Sequence record: SRR20825010_2030
DNA length: 41,798 bases
Strand: one strand, 5' to 3'
Positions within the stretch are counted from its first letter, which is position 1. Every line of letters starts with the position of its first letter. Shown piece after piece: positions 28,960-38,561 of the stretch. The notes under the pieces are model-generated. The model saw only the letters and a list, made by a program, of their open reading frames with translations, made no database searches and was not told where the DNA came from. The position numbers were made by a program, and so were the translations under genes.

Positions 28960-31902
28960 ATGACAGACCGCCCTCCACCCGATTCGGCGTCCACGCCCAT
29001 ACCTGCACCGGACACAATGCTGCCCGATGCCCCCGCACTTGTGCCTGCGCGGCTGGATGGCGGTAAGGTCTGGGGTGCGCTTCTGGTCTCAAATGACGGC
29101 GAGGTTGACGAGATTTCCGCAGACGCCGCACTTGAAGCATTAGCCCGCGGTTCTGTCCTCACTGTTCATGGGGCTTTCACTGCCAGACGTCTGGCGCTTG
29201 GTCTTGCATCAGCCAAGGGCACGCGCGTCACGCAACCCCATATCGGGCCGAAAGTTCTCGACCTTCTGGAGCTCTTTGCCTTCGTCCATCCCGCGATGCC
29301 GTGCTTGCCCACACCAGCTGGGCTTGCGCAGGCGCTAAGCCTCCGGACAGACAACACACCTGAAACACAAGCTCTCATGCTGCATGAGGCCGCAGCCCGC
29401 CTCCTCCACACATTACGCTCACCACAATATCCAGACCGCAATGGTGCCGCCCGCGTGGCCCAGCGCATGGCGCAGGCTGGTTGGGCATGGGGCGAAGGCG
29501 TCACCGCAGCGCTACGCGATGTTATTGCCCGCGAAGGACGTTTGCCCACCGGACGCGGCTTCGATGTCTGGAACGACCTGCCTGAATGGGAAGACGAAGC
29601 CCCTCGCGGTGCACCTGGCGCTATACCTGTCACCGAGGACGAGGCGCGTGCAAGGCTCGCCGAACTTGTCGGACCCGACGCCGAACGACGCACGGGCCAG
29701 TCCGATTTTGCTGCTGCCGCCGCCCGCGCCTTCAACCCTCGCGAGACGAGCGCTCAACCCAATATTGTTATAGCCGAGGCAGGCACAGGGATCGGCAAGA
29801 CATTGGGCTATATAGCTCCTGCCAGTCTCTGGGCCACGCGCAACAAGGGTACGGTCTGGCTATCCACCTATACAAAAAACCTCCAGCGCCAACTCGATCA
29901 GGAGTTGAGCCGCCTTTATCCGGATCCTGACGAGAAACGCGAGAAAGCCGTCATCCGCAAGGGACGCGAAAACTATCTCTGCCTGCTAAATTTCGAAGAG
30001 CTTGCCAATCGTGCCAGCACGAGTGGCAATGGTGTTTCCATCGGTCTTGTTGCTCGCTGGGCACGCGCTAGCCGCGATGGCGATATGGTCGGTGGTGATT
30101 TCCCTGCATGGCTCACCCAGCGCCTGGCTGGCAATACAGGCGGCACAGCGCTCACTGATCGGCGCGGCGAATGCATCTACACAGCCTGCGCGCATTTCAA
30201 GAAATGCTATATCGAAAAAGCCATCCGCAAGGCCCGTCGCGCCGATATCGTTGTGGCCAACCACGCCCTCGTCATGCGGCAAGCCGCGCTTGATCAAGCC
30301 GTTGCCATGATCGCGCCTAAAACCAATGCCAGCAAAGTCGAGACAGCGGGCAATTCCGAAGACGAAGAGCCAAGCGGTCGCGAAGCCCGCTCTCGGTTTG
30401 TGTTTGATGAAGGCCATCATATTTTTGATGCGGCGGACGGTGCTTTCTCCACGCATTTGTCTGCCGTCGAAACCGCCGAATTGCGGCGCTGGATCAGAGG
30501 CGCAGAAGGTACACGAGGACGACGCGGACGTGGCCTTGAAGACCGTATCGGCGATCTCGTCAGCGGCGACACAGTAAGCGAAGAAGCCCTTGCCGCCGCA
30601 ATTTCTGCGGCGGTAGCTCTCCCGTCGGCAGGATGGGGTGCAAGGCTCAACGATGGACAGCCGCGCCGTGAAGGTGAAGAGTTTCTAGCGCGTGTCAGTG
30701 CACAGGTTCGTGCCCGGGCACAAGATGACGACACGCCCTTCTCGCTCGAAGCCGAAACCGAGCCGTTGGTCGAGGGATTATCCGACACAGCACGCGCATT
30801 CGATCAGGCTCTTGGCAAACTCAGTGCACCACTCTTGCGCATTGCTGAAGGTTTGCGCGCAAAACTCGATAAGCAATCCGAAGATCTCGACAGCGCCACC
30901 CGCACACGCATGGATGCAGCGGCGCGCGGGCTGGAGCGACGCGCCAAGCTTCTCATTCCTTCATGGCGCGCCATGCTATCGGCACTGGGCCAGCCAACGC
31001 CGGAACATTTTGTGGACTGGTTTGCCATTGAGCGCATTGCCGGTCGCGATTTCGATGTCGGCATGCATCGTCACTGGTGCGATCCGAGCGAGCCTTTTGC
31101 CGAAAGCGTGCTGGAACCTGCGCATGGTGTTGTTATCACCTCTGCCACATTACGTGACCGTTTGCCCGATGACGAAGCAGACGATGAAGGCTGGCAATCC
31201 GCTGAAATCCGCACAGGTGTCACGCATCTCGCCACACCAGCCCGACGCGCCTTCATGCTCTCGCCGTTCGACTATGCCGCGCAGTCGCGAATCTATGTCG
31301 TGCGTGATGTCAAAGCTGGCGACGTCTCACAGATCGCAGCCGCCTATCGCGAATTGTTTCTGGCAGCCGGTGGCGGTGGACTGGGCCTCTTCACCGCCAT
31401 CCATCGTTTGCGCGCTGTGCATGAACGTATCATTGCACCGCTTGAACAGGCGGGCCTCACTCTATATGGCCAGCATGTCGATGCGCTGGATACCAGCACG
31501 CTTGTCGACATTTTCCGGGCCGAGAAAAACGCATGCCTGCTCGGCACAGATGCTGTGCGCGATGGTGTCGATGTGCCGGGCGCTTCCTTGCGTATGATCG
31601 TCTTTGACCGCACACCATGGCCCCGCCCCGACATTCTGCACAAAGCCAGACGCGCCCGTTTTGGCGGCGCACGTTATGACGACATGCTCACCCGCCTCAG
31701 GCTCAAACAGGCATTCGGCCGCCTTATCCGCAGCCAGTCGGATCGCGGCGTGTTTGTTATGCTTGATTCACGCTTGCCCACACGCCTCACCTCGGCTTTC
31801 CCTCCCGGCGTCGAAATCCAGCGCGTCGGCCTGGCCGAAGCTATTGCAGGCGCAAGGGCCTTTCTAAATGCACCCCTTGCTGACACGCCGCCCGCCTCCT
31901 AA
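28960..31902 (+). CDS. ATP-dependent DNA helicase, DinG family
   Basis: EAGTGIGKT, KGRENYLC, four Fe-S Cys (YLC, ECIYTAC, KCY), VVANH, DEGH, TSATL, DGVDVPG, QAFGRLIR. Confidence 0.93.
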   Translation: MTDRPPPDSASTPIPAPDTMLPDAPALVPARLDGGKVWGALLVSNDGEVDEISADAALEALARGSVLTVHGAFTARRLALGLASAKGTRVTQPHIGPKVLDLLELFAFVHPAMPCLPTPAGLAQALSLRTDNTPETQALMLHEAAARLLHTLRSPQYPDRNGAARVAQRMAQAGWAWGEGVTAALRDVIAREGRLPTGRGFDVWNDLPEWEDEAPRGAPGAIPVTEDEARARLAELVGPDAERRTGQSDFAAAAARAFNPRETSAQPNIVIAEAGTGIGKTLGYIAPASLWATRNKGTVWLSTYTKNLQRQLDQELSRLYPDPDEKREKAVIRKGRENYLCLLNFEELANRASTSGNGVSIGLVARWARASRDGDMVGGDFPAWLTQRLAGNTGGTALTDRRGECIYTACAHFKKCYIEKAIRKARRADIVVANHALVMRQAALDQAVAMIAPKTNASKVETAGNSEDEEPSGREARSRFVFDEGHHIFDAADGAFSTHLSAVETAELRRWIRGAEGTRGRRGRGLEDRIGDLVSGDTVSEEALAAAISAAVALPSAGWGARLNDGQPRREGEEFLARVSAQVRARAQDDDTPFSLEAETEPLVEGLSDTARAFDQALGKLSAPLLRIAEGLRAKLDKQSEDLDSATRTRMDAAARGLERRAKLLIPSWRAMLSALGQPTPEHFVDWFAIERIAGRDFDVGMHRHWCDPSEPFAESVLEPAHGVVITSATLRDRLPDDEADDEGWQSAEIRTGVTHLATPARRAFMLSPFDYAAQSRIYVVRDVKAGDVSQIAAAYRELFLAAGGGGLGLFTAIHRLRAVHERIIAPLEQAGLTLYGQHVDALDTSTLVDIFRAEKNACLLGTDAVRDGVDVPGASLRMIVFDRTPWPRPDILHKARRARFGGARYDDMLTRLRLKQAFGRLIRSQSDRGVFVMLDSRLPTRLTSAFPPGVEIQRVGLAEAIAGARAFLNAPLADTPPAS

Positions 31903-31942
31903 AGTCGGGTGTTCGATAAAGAAAAAATCCCAAGGAAGTCCC

Positions 31943-32353
31943 ATGTCAACGATCGCGCCCGAAAATGCCCTTATCTATGTGATGGTCACCATGAGCGCTG
32001 TGGACAGCGCCATGAGCGACAGCGAATTGCGCACCATCGGCGACATTGTGAAACATCTGCCCGCATTCAAGCATTTCGATCCCGCACGTCTCATTCCGGT
32101 CGCACGCGAATGTGCCGACATTCTTCAGGAAGATGGCGGGTTGGATGCCGTATTTGGGCTGGTGGCCGACGCCTTGCCTGCTCATCTGCGCGAGACAGGC
32201 TATGCGGTGGCGGTCGAGGTCGCCTCTGCCGATCTTGCTGTTGGTCAGGAAGAAGTGCGCTTGCTGCAATTGCTGCGCGACGCATTGGGCATCGACAAGC
32301 TTGTAGCCGCCGCTATCGAACGCGGTGCACGCGCGCGTCACATGACGCTCTAA
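31943..32353 (+). CDS. TerB-family (tellurite resistance-like) protein
   Basis: ALIYVMVTMSAVD, LPAF, LRETGYAVAVEVASAD, AAIERGARARH; AGGA RBS. Confidence 0.85.
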   Translation: MSTIAPENALIYVMVTMSAVDSAMSDSELRTIGDIVKHLPAFKHFDPARLIPVARECADILQEDGGLDAVFGLVADALPAHLRETGYAVAVEVASADLAVGQEEVRLLQLLRDALGIDKLVAAAIERGARARHMTL

Positions 32354-32356
32354 AGC

Positions 32357-33076
32357 CTATTCAGCCTCGCAGGGTCCGGTGCCCGTTTTGCGCAACTCAT
32401 CCTCGATCCGGTCAAAATAGCTGCGCTCGCATGTGCCGCTTTCATTCCACTTATCTACTTCGCGATGGATCAGCACAGGCTTTCCGTCGTCATAGACATA
32501 TATGTCGCTACCATGTTCCGCGGCACTCGACCGCCATGCGCTGGTAATTTCCTGCGCATCGGCATCAAATTGCGGCGATGAGATCTCGTCCAGCGTCGGA
32601 CTTGCTACAAATCGGTGTGTACGCGGTGACCAGAGCCAGTTCTGGTAGGGCGTATTCGGTCCGGCTGGCAGGAAACTGATCACCCGCATATCCAGAAAGC
32701 CGTCAAAATTGAGGTCGATCACCTCGAAACCATTATTGGCAATATGGGGCGGCACATCCGACTGAATATTTTCGATCACCTGAAACGGTTCGGGCTTTCC
32801 CTGCTCACGCAATTCGATCCGCTCTAATGCGTGTCCACCATCATCCTGATTCCACACCAGCAGAAATTCGAACACCGGCAGTGAAGGATTGATCTGGCTG
32901 CGGCAGCGTATAGGCGACTTGTCATTTTCCCCCTTAGCCGGTGCGCAGGCAAAGCCGCCCTCGAATGTCTCGTCACCAACAGGTTCGGCCGCCATTGCAT
33001 GGAGAGCGCACAGACCAAATCCGGCCCCCAGCAATAATGCCCCCGTCCACTGCCTGAATGTCGCTGCCGATGCCAT
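32357..33076 (-). CDS. Secreted XAC2610-related protein
   Basis: Signal peptide; PFQVI, DLNFDGFLD (DxNxDGxxD Ca-binding loop), GPNTPYQNWLW, FVASPTL, SAWRSSAAEH. Confidence 0.65.
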   Translation of the reverse strand: MASAATFRQWTGALLLGAGFGLCALHAMAAEPVGDETFEGGFACAPAKGENDKSPIRCRSQINPSLPVFEFLLVWNQDDGGHALERIELREQGKPEPFQVIENIQSDVPPHIANNGFEVIDLNFDGFLDMRVISFLPAGPNTPYQNWLWSPRTHRFVASPTLDEISSPQFDADAQEITSAWRSSAAEHGSDIYVYDDGKPVLIHREVDKWNESGTCERSYFDRIEDELRKTGTGPCEAE

Positions 33077-33159
33077 ATCGCGATCCGGTCCGCTGCACTA
33101 TTGTTGAGCCGCCTACGAGCCTATTCTAACCCCTTTGCAAGCTGAGCCGACTGGAAATT

Positions 33160-34017
33160 ATGTCTGACACACTTCTCGCCCATGAACCTCAGGTCCGGCT
33201 TGCCGGATTTGTGCTGATTTTTGGCTTGATGGCGCTTCTGGAACTGGTGTCACCCCGCCTCGGCCTTTCTGGCCGTCCCCGTCGCTGGACCACCAATCTC
33301 GGCATGTCAGCCCTGTCGACATTGTTGCTGCGCCTTATTCTGCCGCTTGGCGCTGTTGGCACCGCCCTCTGGGTACAGTCTCAAGGCTACGGACTTTTCA
33401 ATGCTCTCTCGGTGCCACTCCTCATGGCGCTTCCGCTTTCATTGCTCGCACTCGACCTTCTAATCTATGGCCAGCATGTGGCTTTCCATTATTTCGGCAT
33501 CTTCTGGCGCATGCATAGAGTGCATCACGCAGACCCCTCCCTTGATGTCACGACCGCACTGCGCTTCCACCCTCTAGAAATCATTCTCAGCATGGTCATC
33601 AAGATGGCCGCTGTAGCGGCTCTGGGTGTACCGCCTGTGGCCGTTCTGATTTTCGAGGTGCTTCTCAATGCCTGCGCCATGTTCAACCACTCGAATTTGC
33701 GCCTGCGACCCGACGTCAACCGACTTTTACAAGCGGTTTTCGTGACACCGGATATGCATAGGGTTCATCATTCTGTCGTGGTGGGAGAGCAGAACAGCAA
33801 TTTCGGCTTTAATCTGTCCATTTGGGACAGGATTTTTGCTACATATCATCGGGCGGATCGCACCGCTCTTGACGCGATGCGTATCGGCCTTGCCGAATAT
33901 ATGGATCTAAAGCCTACACGGTTTTTCTGGAGTCTCATTTTGCCTTTCACCAAGACCCCTGCGGAATCTGACCGGCTCGCCGAAAAATCCGCTGCCAGAC
34001 ATCACGGAGAGTTCTGA
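33160..34017 (+). CDS. Sterol desaturase / fatty acid hydroxylase family protein
   Basis: His boxes QHVAFH, HRVHH, RFHP, FNHSN, HRVHHS, NSNFG. Confidence 0.92.
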   Translation: MSDTLLAHEPQVRLAGFVLIFGLMALLELVSPRLGLSGRPRRWTTNLGMSALSTLLLRLILPLGAVGTALWVQSQGYGLFNALSVPLLMALPLSLLALDLLIYGQHVAFHYFGIFWRMHRVHHADPSLDVTTALRFHPLEIILSMVIKMAAVAALGVPPVAVLIFEVLLNACAMFNHSNLRLRPDVNRLLQAVFVTPDMHRVHHSVVVGEQNSNFGFNLSIWDRIFATYHRADRTALDAMRIGLAEYMDLKPTRFFWSLILPFTKTPAESDRLAEKSAARHHGEF

Positions 34018-34019
34018 TC

Positions 34020-34541
34020 ATGAAGCGGCTCTGCCTGATGCGGCATGCAAAATCTGATTGGAGCGATCCGGCAAACGACGATTTCAGCCGCCCGCTCAAC
34101 GCGCGTGGTGAAAAGGCCGCCGCCTTTATGGCGCAATATATCGCCTCTTCACCATATCGGCCCGACCACATTCTTTGCTCCAAGGCGCGGCGCGCGACCC
34201 AGACATGCGAACCCATCGGCTCTGCCTTGTCCGACGTGCCCATCACCTATCGCGAAGAACTTTACCACGCGATGCCTGATGTGATGCTGGAGGAAATCCA
34301 CGCCGCACCGGAAGACGCAGAGACTCTCCTCGTCGTCGCGCATAATCCAGGCCTTGTGTTGATCGCTATGGCACTCGCCCGCGACCCTGAAGAAGAAACC
34401 GCATTACGTGTCGCCCATGGTGTACCAACCGGCGGATTTATTGTTTTCGAATTTCCCGAGGCTCAGAGCTGGCGCGACATTGCAGACGGTAAAGGCGAAA
34501 CCGTTTTCTTCGGTCGCCCGCGCGATCTCATGACGGGCTAA
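34020..34541 (+). CDS. sixA: SixA-type histidine phosphatase
   Basis: LMRHAKS, RPLNARG, RATQT, VAHNPG. Confidence 0.85.
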   Translation: MKRLCLMRHAKSDWSDPANDDFSRPLNARGEKAAAFMAQYIASSPYRPDHILCSKARRATQTCEPIGSALSDVPITYREELYHAMPDVMLEEIHAAPEDAETLLVVAHNPGLVLIAMALARDPEEETALRVAHGVPTGGFIVFEFPEAQSWRDIADGKGETVFFGRPRDLMTG

Positions 34542-34554
34542 CGCCAAAAATCTG

Positions 34555-35571
34555 TCAGAAAATTTTCTGCCCGAAGTAACGCCGCGCAATAACCGCGCTT
34601 GTGCCGTCTCGTCTCAACGTTTCAATCGCCTCGTTGACTTGTGCCAGCAAAGTCTTGTCGCTGGCGCGCAAGGCCATGCCAGCACCACGACCAAAATAAG
34701 CCACATCGTCATAGTCTGGGCCAACCAACCGGCAGCAACGCGCATTTTTTTCTTGGGAGCGACTGAGCAATGCATTGCGATCGGCAAAGATGAGGTCGGC
34801 ATGACCTGCAACCAACGCATCCACTGCGGCATCAAGCGAGGAGACACTCAACACATCGGAATCGGCAAACCGTTTTTTCACAAAGGCTTCATGCGCGGTG
34901 CCGTCCTGCACCACAATCCGCTGCTTGCTCGGGCCTGAACCGGCTTGGGCATGGGCGTTAAGCAAAGCCGCAAAATGTCCCGGCGTTGTATAGTAAGGCG
35001 TCGTGAAAACAACTTCTGTATCCGGCTTTGGTGCGACATGCGCCGGTGCCGGGATCAACATGGACGCAATCACCAGATCAGCTTCCCCCCGAACTAACGA
35101 CGGGAGCAAATCTTTCCATGATCTGGCATCCACAACACATGCGCGTTTCAGGCGTGCGCAAACAGCTTTCGCCATATCCACATCATATCCGGTCAATTCG
35201 CCATTCCGGTCGCGTCCATTAAATGGCAGATAGGCCCCTTCAGTCAGAATGCGAAGCGGCATTTCTTTGGTTGCGCCGACCGGTTCCTCGTCCTTCCCGA
35301 TTTCCGCCACTTCTGCCGTGCCTTCGATCCGGGGATCAGGCTCGGGCACAATGCGTGGTCGCAACGCATCGGACATCTCATCGCTGCGCTTCGCCTCGCC
35401 TGTCAGCGGTGCAACATTGCGTGCCAATGCAGCGGGCTGGTCACCAACGTCACCCGCCATCATAGCCAGCACATCCACCTTCCACGGCAAGGGCGTGCCT
35501 TCATACATCTGACCGAGCGCCGCCATGACGACAAGAATGGCGATCAGGTTGATATAAAGTAGAACTCTCAT
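34555..35571 (-). CDS. Amino-acid-type (family 3) substrate-binding domain protein with N-terminal membrane anchor and linker
   Basis: TEGAYLPFN, GYDVDMAKAVC, FTTPYY, VQDGTAHE, YFGRGAGMALR; ATG 35571. Confidence 0.82.
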   Translation of the reverse strand: MRVLLYINLIAILVVMAALGQMYEGTPLPWKVDVLAMMAGDVGDQPAALARNVAPLTGEAKRSDEMSDALRPRIVPEPDPRIEGTAEVAEIGKDEEPVGATKEMPLRILTEGAYLPFNGRDRNGELTGYDVDMAKAVCARLKRACVVDARSWKDLLPSLVRGEADLVIASMLIPAPAHVAPKPDTEVVFTTPYYTTPGHFAALLNAHAQAGSGPSKQRIVVQDGTAHEAFVKKRFADSDVLSVSSLDAAVDALVAGHADLIFADRNALLSRSQEKNARCCRLVGPDYDDVAYFGRGAGMALRASDKTLLAQVNEAIETLRRDGTSAVIARRYFGQKIF

Positions 35572-35847
35572 AGTCCGGCCTGTCGGTCTGAATGCATGCG
35601 CATGTCTTGTGAGACATATGTTCGTATCGAAATGAGACAGTCCTACGTCACGCCCGTGTCTATCACGGACATAAAGCGGCTCCGGCCCCATTCCGCAGAT
35701 AGAAAAGCAAGCCTCATACCCAGAATTCGCTGGCCTTGAGCTTTTTTGTCCTTAACAAAGAAAAATCATAATTTTACCATGAGATGCTGCTTCGGCGGCG
35801 CCCTGAATGTTGCGTACTTCTCAGTTGCCCACACTTAGGTTCGCACA

Positions 35848-37848
35848 ATGCAAGAAACGAATTCCGCGCGGCTGGCCTATGCCAGCATGCAACGTAAGGG
35901 TTTTGCTCAGAGTGCCAGACAATTTAGCTGGGATATTTTCGCCCCGCGCAAGCCCTTGCTCGGCGAACTGGCGATCTCGAAAGGTTTCATTACAGAAGAT
36001 ACGCTCGACAAACTACTTGATCGGCAATGGCGTTGTTGTTCGCGCTTGGGCGAGTTGTTGGTCAGCGAAGGCCACATAAGGCCACGCGAACTTAAGCGTC
36101 TGCTAGCCCTCCAGCATGGACTTCCCTATATCGACCTTCTGATCGACTTCCCAGACACAACACTGCAAAGCGCACAGCATCTTGATGTCTATGCGCAACA
36201 GCAATGTATCCCTTGGCGTTTGCGCGATGGTGAACTGACCTATGTCGCTGCCGATCCTGCGGCCGCACGACCCTTTATCACTGCGATTGAAGGTCGTCCC
36301 TGCTTTATCTATTTTGCTTCACCGCGAGAGATCAGACAATTCATTCATGACCGCTTCCACGTCGAGCTGAGCGAACGTGCGCGCCACCAGCTCAGCGATG
36401 ACATGCCGGAAAGCTCCGCAAAAAAACGCCTTTCGAGGTCCCAATGCATTGTGCTCGCTGCCAGCTTCCTTTCGCTTTGTGCATTATCATTTTTCGCTCC
36501 CACGACAGCCATGCTCTTACTCAACGGGTTCTTTGCGGCATGCTTTCTTGCAATAGCTGGTCTCAAAGCGCTGTCTGTCTATTTCGGCTTGCGACAGCGC
36601 GGACTGGAAGACCGCGACACACCGCCACCAGATTCCAATGATGCACTATTGCCGCTCTATTCGATCATGGTGCCACTCTTCCGCGAGGCGAGTGTTCTGC
36701 CTATCCTCGCAGACGCGTTGCGCAATCTCGACTATCCCGCCTCGCGCCTCCAGATCATCCTCATCTTCGAAGAAAGTGATCAGGCCACTTACGATGCGGC
36801 CTGCGAACTCGGCTTACCGGGTCATTTCGAATTCATACGCGTGCCGCCTTCCCTGCCACTAACCAAGCCCAAGGCCTGCAATTTCGCTTTGCCTTTCGTG
36901 CGCGGAAAATTCGTCGTGGTCTATGATGCAGAAGACATGCCCGAGCCCGACCAACTCCGGCGCGCTAATGCCGCATTCGCCCGAAGTGACGGCCGGCTGG
37001 CATGCGTCCAGGCCCGTCTGAACTATTACAACCAGTTCGAGAATTGGCTGACACGCCAGTTCACATTGGAATATGCGTCATTTTTCGATCTTCTATTGCC
37101 TACTCTGGAAGCTTTGGGTCTGCCTATACCGCTTGGCGGCACCTCCACCCATTTCCGTACAAGCCATTTGCGTTCAGCAGGCGCGTGGGACCCGTTCAAT
37201 GTCACAGAAGACGCCGACCTCGGCATGCGCTTGGCTATGCTCGGCTATCGCGTCTCTACACTCCGCTCCACGACTTTCGAAGAAGCCAATTGTCAAACCA
37301 GCAATTGGCTTCGGCAAAGATCGCGCTGGATCAAGGGTTGGCTACAAACCTATTTTGTTCGCATGCGCCATCCTGTTCACCTGTGGCGAACGCTTGGCTG
37401 GCGCGGCTTCCTTGGCTTCCAGATCGTCATTGGCGGCTTTTCGCTTTCCAGCCTCGTACATCCGGTCTTCTACGCAACCATCATTGGTGCACTGGCATAT
37501 ATGCAAATCACACAATCAGGTAGCGTCAGCCAAAGCCTGGGCACATTGCCCGGCCTTGTCGTACTCAACCTTATGGTGCTGTTCACCGGATACAGCGTTT
37601 CTATTCTAGCGGGCATGGTGGCGGCGACAGAGCGTGGATTGCGCCCGCTGGTTTTTTCTGCCTTTGCCATGCCTGCCTATTGGCTACTTATCTCACTTGG
37701 TGCCTACAAGGCATTATGGCAGTTCATCTACAACCCGTTTCACTGGGAGAAAACCGAACATGGACTGTCCCGTTTTTGGGCACAAAAACATGCGGCGGCA
37801 CTGCGGTCAAATGCCGCTAAAAGCCCAAAAAACAAGCGTTTTTCTTAA
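35848..37848 (+). CDS. Processive GT2 glycosyltransferase with N-terminal MshEN c-di-GMP-binding domain
   Basis: Tandem MshEN motifs at 35956-36114; VPLFRE, TKPKACN, YDAED, GGTSTHF, TEDADLG, RQRSRW, WEKTEHG; TM helices. Confidence 0.9.
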   Translation: MQETNSARLAYASMQRKGFAQSARQFSWDIFAPRKPLLGELAISKGFITEDTLDKLLDRQWRCCSRLGELLVSEGHIRPRELKRLLALQHGLPYIDLLIDFPDTTLQSAQHLDVYAQQQCIPWRLRDGELTYVAADPAAARPFITAIEGRPCFIYFASPREIRQFIHDRFHVELSERARHQLSDDMPESSAKKRLSRSQCIVLAASFLSLCALSFFAPTTAMLLLNGFFAACFLAIAGLKALSVYFGLRQRGLEDRDTPPPDSNDALLPLYSIMVPLFREASVLPILADALRNLDYPASRLQIILIFEESDQATYDAACELGLPGHFEFIRVPPSLPLTKPKACNFALPFVRGKFVVVYDAEDMPEPDQLRRANAAFARSDGRLACVQARLNYYNQFENWLTRQFTLEYASFFDLLLPTLEALGLPIPLGGTSTHFRTSHLRSAGAWDPFNVTEDADLGMRLAMLGYRVSTLRSTTFEEANCQTSNWLRQRSRWIKGWLQTYFVRMRHPVHLWRTLGWRGFLGFQIVIGGFSLSSLVHPVFYATIIGALAYMQITQSGSVSQSLGTLPGLVVLNLMVLFTGYSVSILAGMVAATERGLRPLVFSAFAMPAYWLLISLGAYKALWQFIYNPFHWEKTEHGLSRFWAQKHAAALRSNAAKSPKNKRFS

Positions 37849-37922
37849 ATTTGTCGATTAGCAAAGTAACCACTCGCTAACAGTTTCGCGCGATGCTCAA
37901 AATGTATTCGAGAGAGCATGCC

Positions 37923-38486
37923 ATGAACGTCAAAACTTCCATCGTTCCTAAACCGTCAATTAGTGCAATTGACAGGAAAACCTATGCGCGCATGAATGCT
38001 CTCGTAGTGGAAGACGCCGCACATATGGCGAGCCTCATTTGCGGCATTTTGAAATCCGCTGGCATCGGTCGCATCTTCGAAGCACGCAACGGAACTGACG
38101 CACTCGATATTCTCGCGACACAAGCTATCGACCTTTTGCTGATCACCGACCTCGCCCCGCCGCTTGACGGATTGAGCGTGGTCAAGCAAGTGCGCACTTC
38201 GAAGCTTGAAACGACGCGCAGCGTGCCCGTCATCTACATTACTGCAAAACTGCAACATACAAATATCGTCGCCGCACGCGACGCGGGCTCGACTGAAATT
38301 CTTTCCAAGCCCTTTTCCGCGACACAGATGATCACCCGTATCGAGCAAATGCTGATAAAGCCGCGCCCGCTGGTTAAGAGCGAGGACTTTGTCGGACCGG
38401 ATCGCCGTCGCCGCGAAAAAAATGCCGCCGAACACCGCCGCGCCTCCGACAAATCGGAAAACAAGGAAACCGTCAAGATTTCGTAA
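37923..38486 (+). CDS. CheY-like receiver with arginine-rich tail (Cle-like)
   Basis: LVVED, ITA, SKPF receiver motifs; C-terminal KPRPLVKSEDFVGPDRRRR. Alternative start 37893. Confidence 0.85.
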   Translation: MNVKTSIVPKPSISAIDRKTYARMNALVVEDAAHMASLICGILKSAGIGRIFEARNGTDALDILATQAIDLLLITDLAPPLDGLSVVKQVRTSKLETTRSVPVIYITAKLQHTNIVAARDAGSTEILSKPFSATQMITRIEQMLIKPRPLVKSEDFVGPDRRRREKNAAEHRRASDKSENKETVKIS

Positions 38487-38561
38487 ACCCTGTTTCCTAA
38501 CCTTTCACTCATCTGTTGGCGGCATAATACTGGAGCATTTTCCAAGTGTGACGGCATTTCT

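Noticed and set aside
30692-31597. 301-aa alternative-frame ORF, and other long shadow ORFs (2443-3114, 11127-11876, 18193-18891, 19403-20146, 38234-38935)
   Set aside because: They overlap well-supported genes, have no recognisable motifs, and are expected in GC-rich coding DNA.
21741-32353. arsC + terB + MATE as a metal-resistance island
   Set aside because: They are scattered single genes among core genes, with no arsR/arsB, ter operon or mobility genes.
28960-32353. DinG + TerB as an anti-phage or type IV CRISPR module
   Set aside because: DinG is the ordinary Fe-S chromosomal type, TerB is the small stand-alone form, and no cas or defence genes are adjacent.
37866-37881. GTAA-N7-CTAAC as a CtrA box before the first Cle-like gene
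   Set aside because: Two mismatches to the consensus; too weak to call without a matrix scan.
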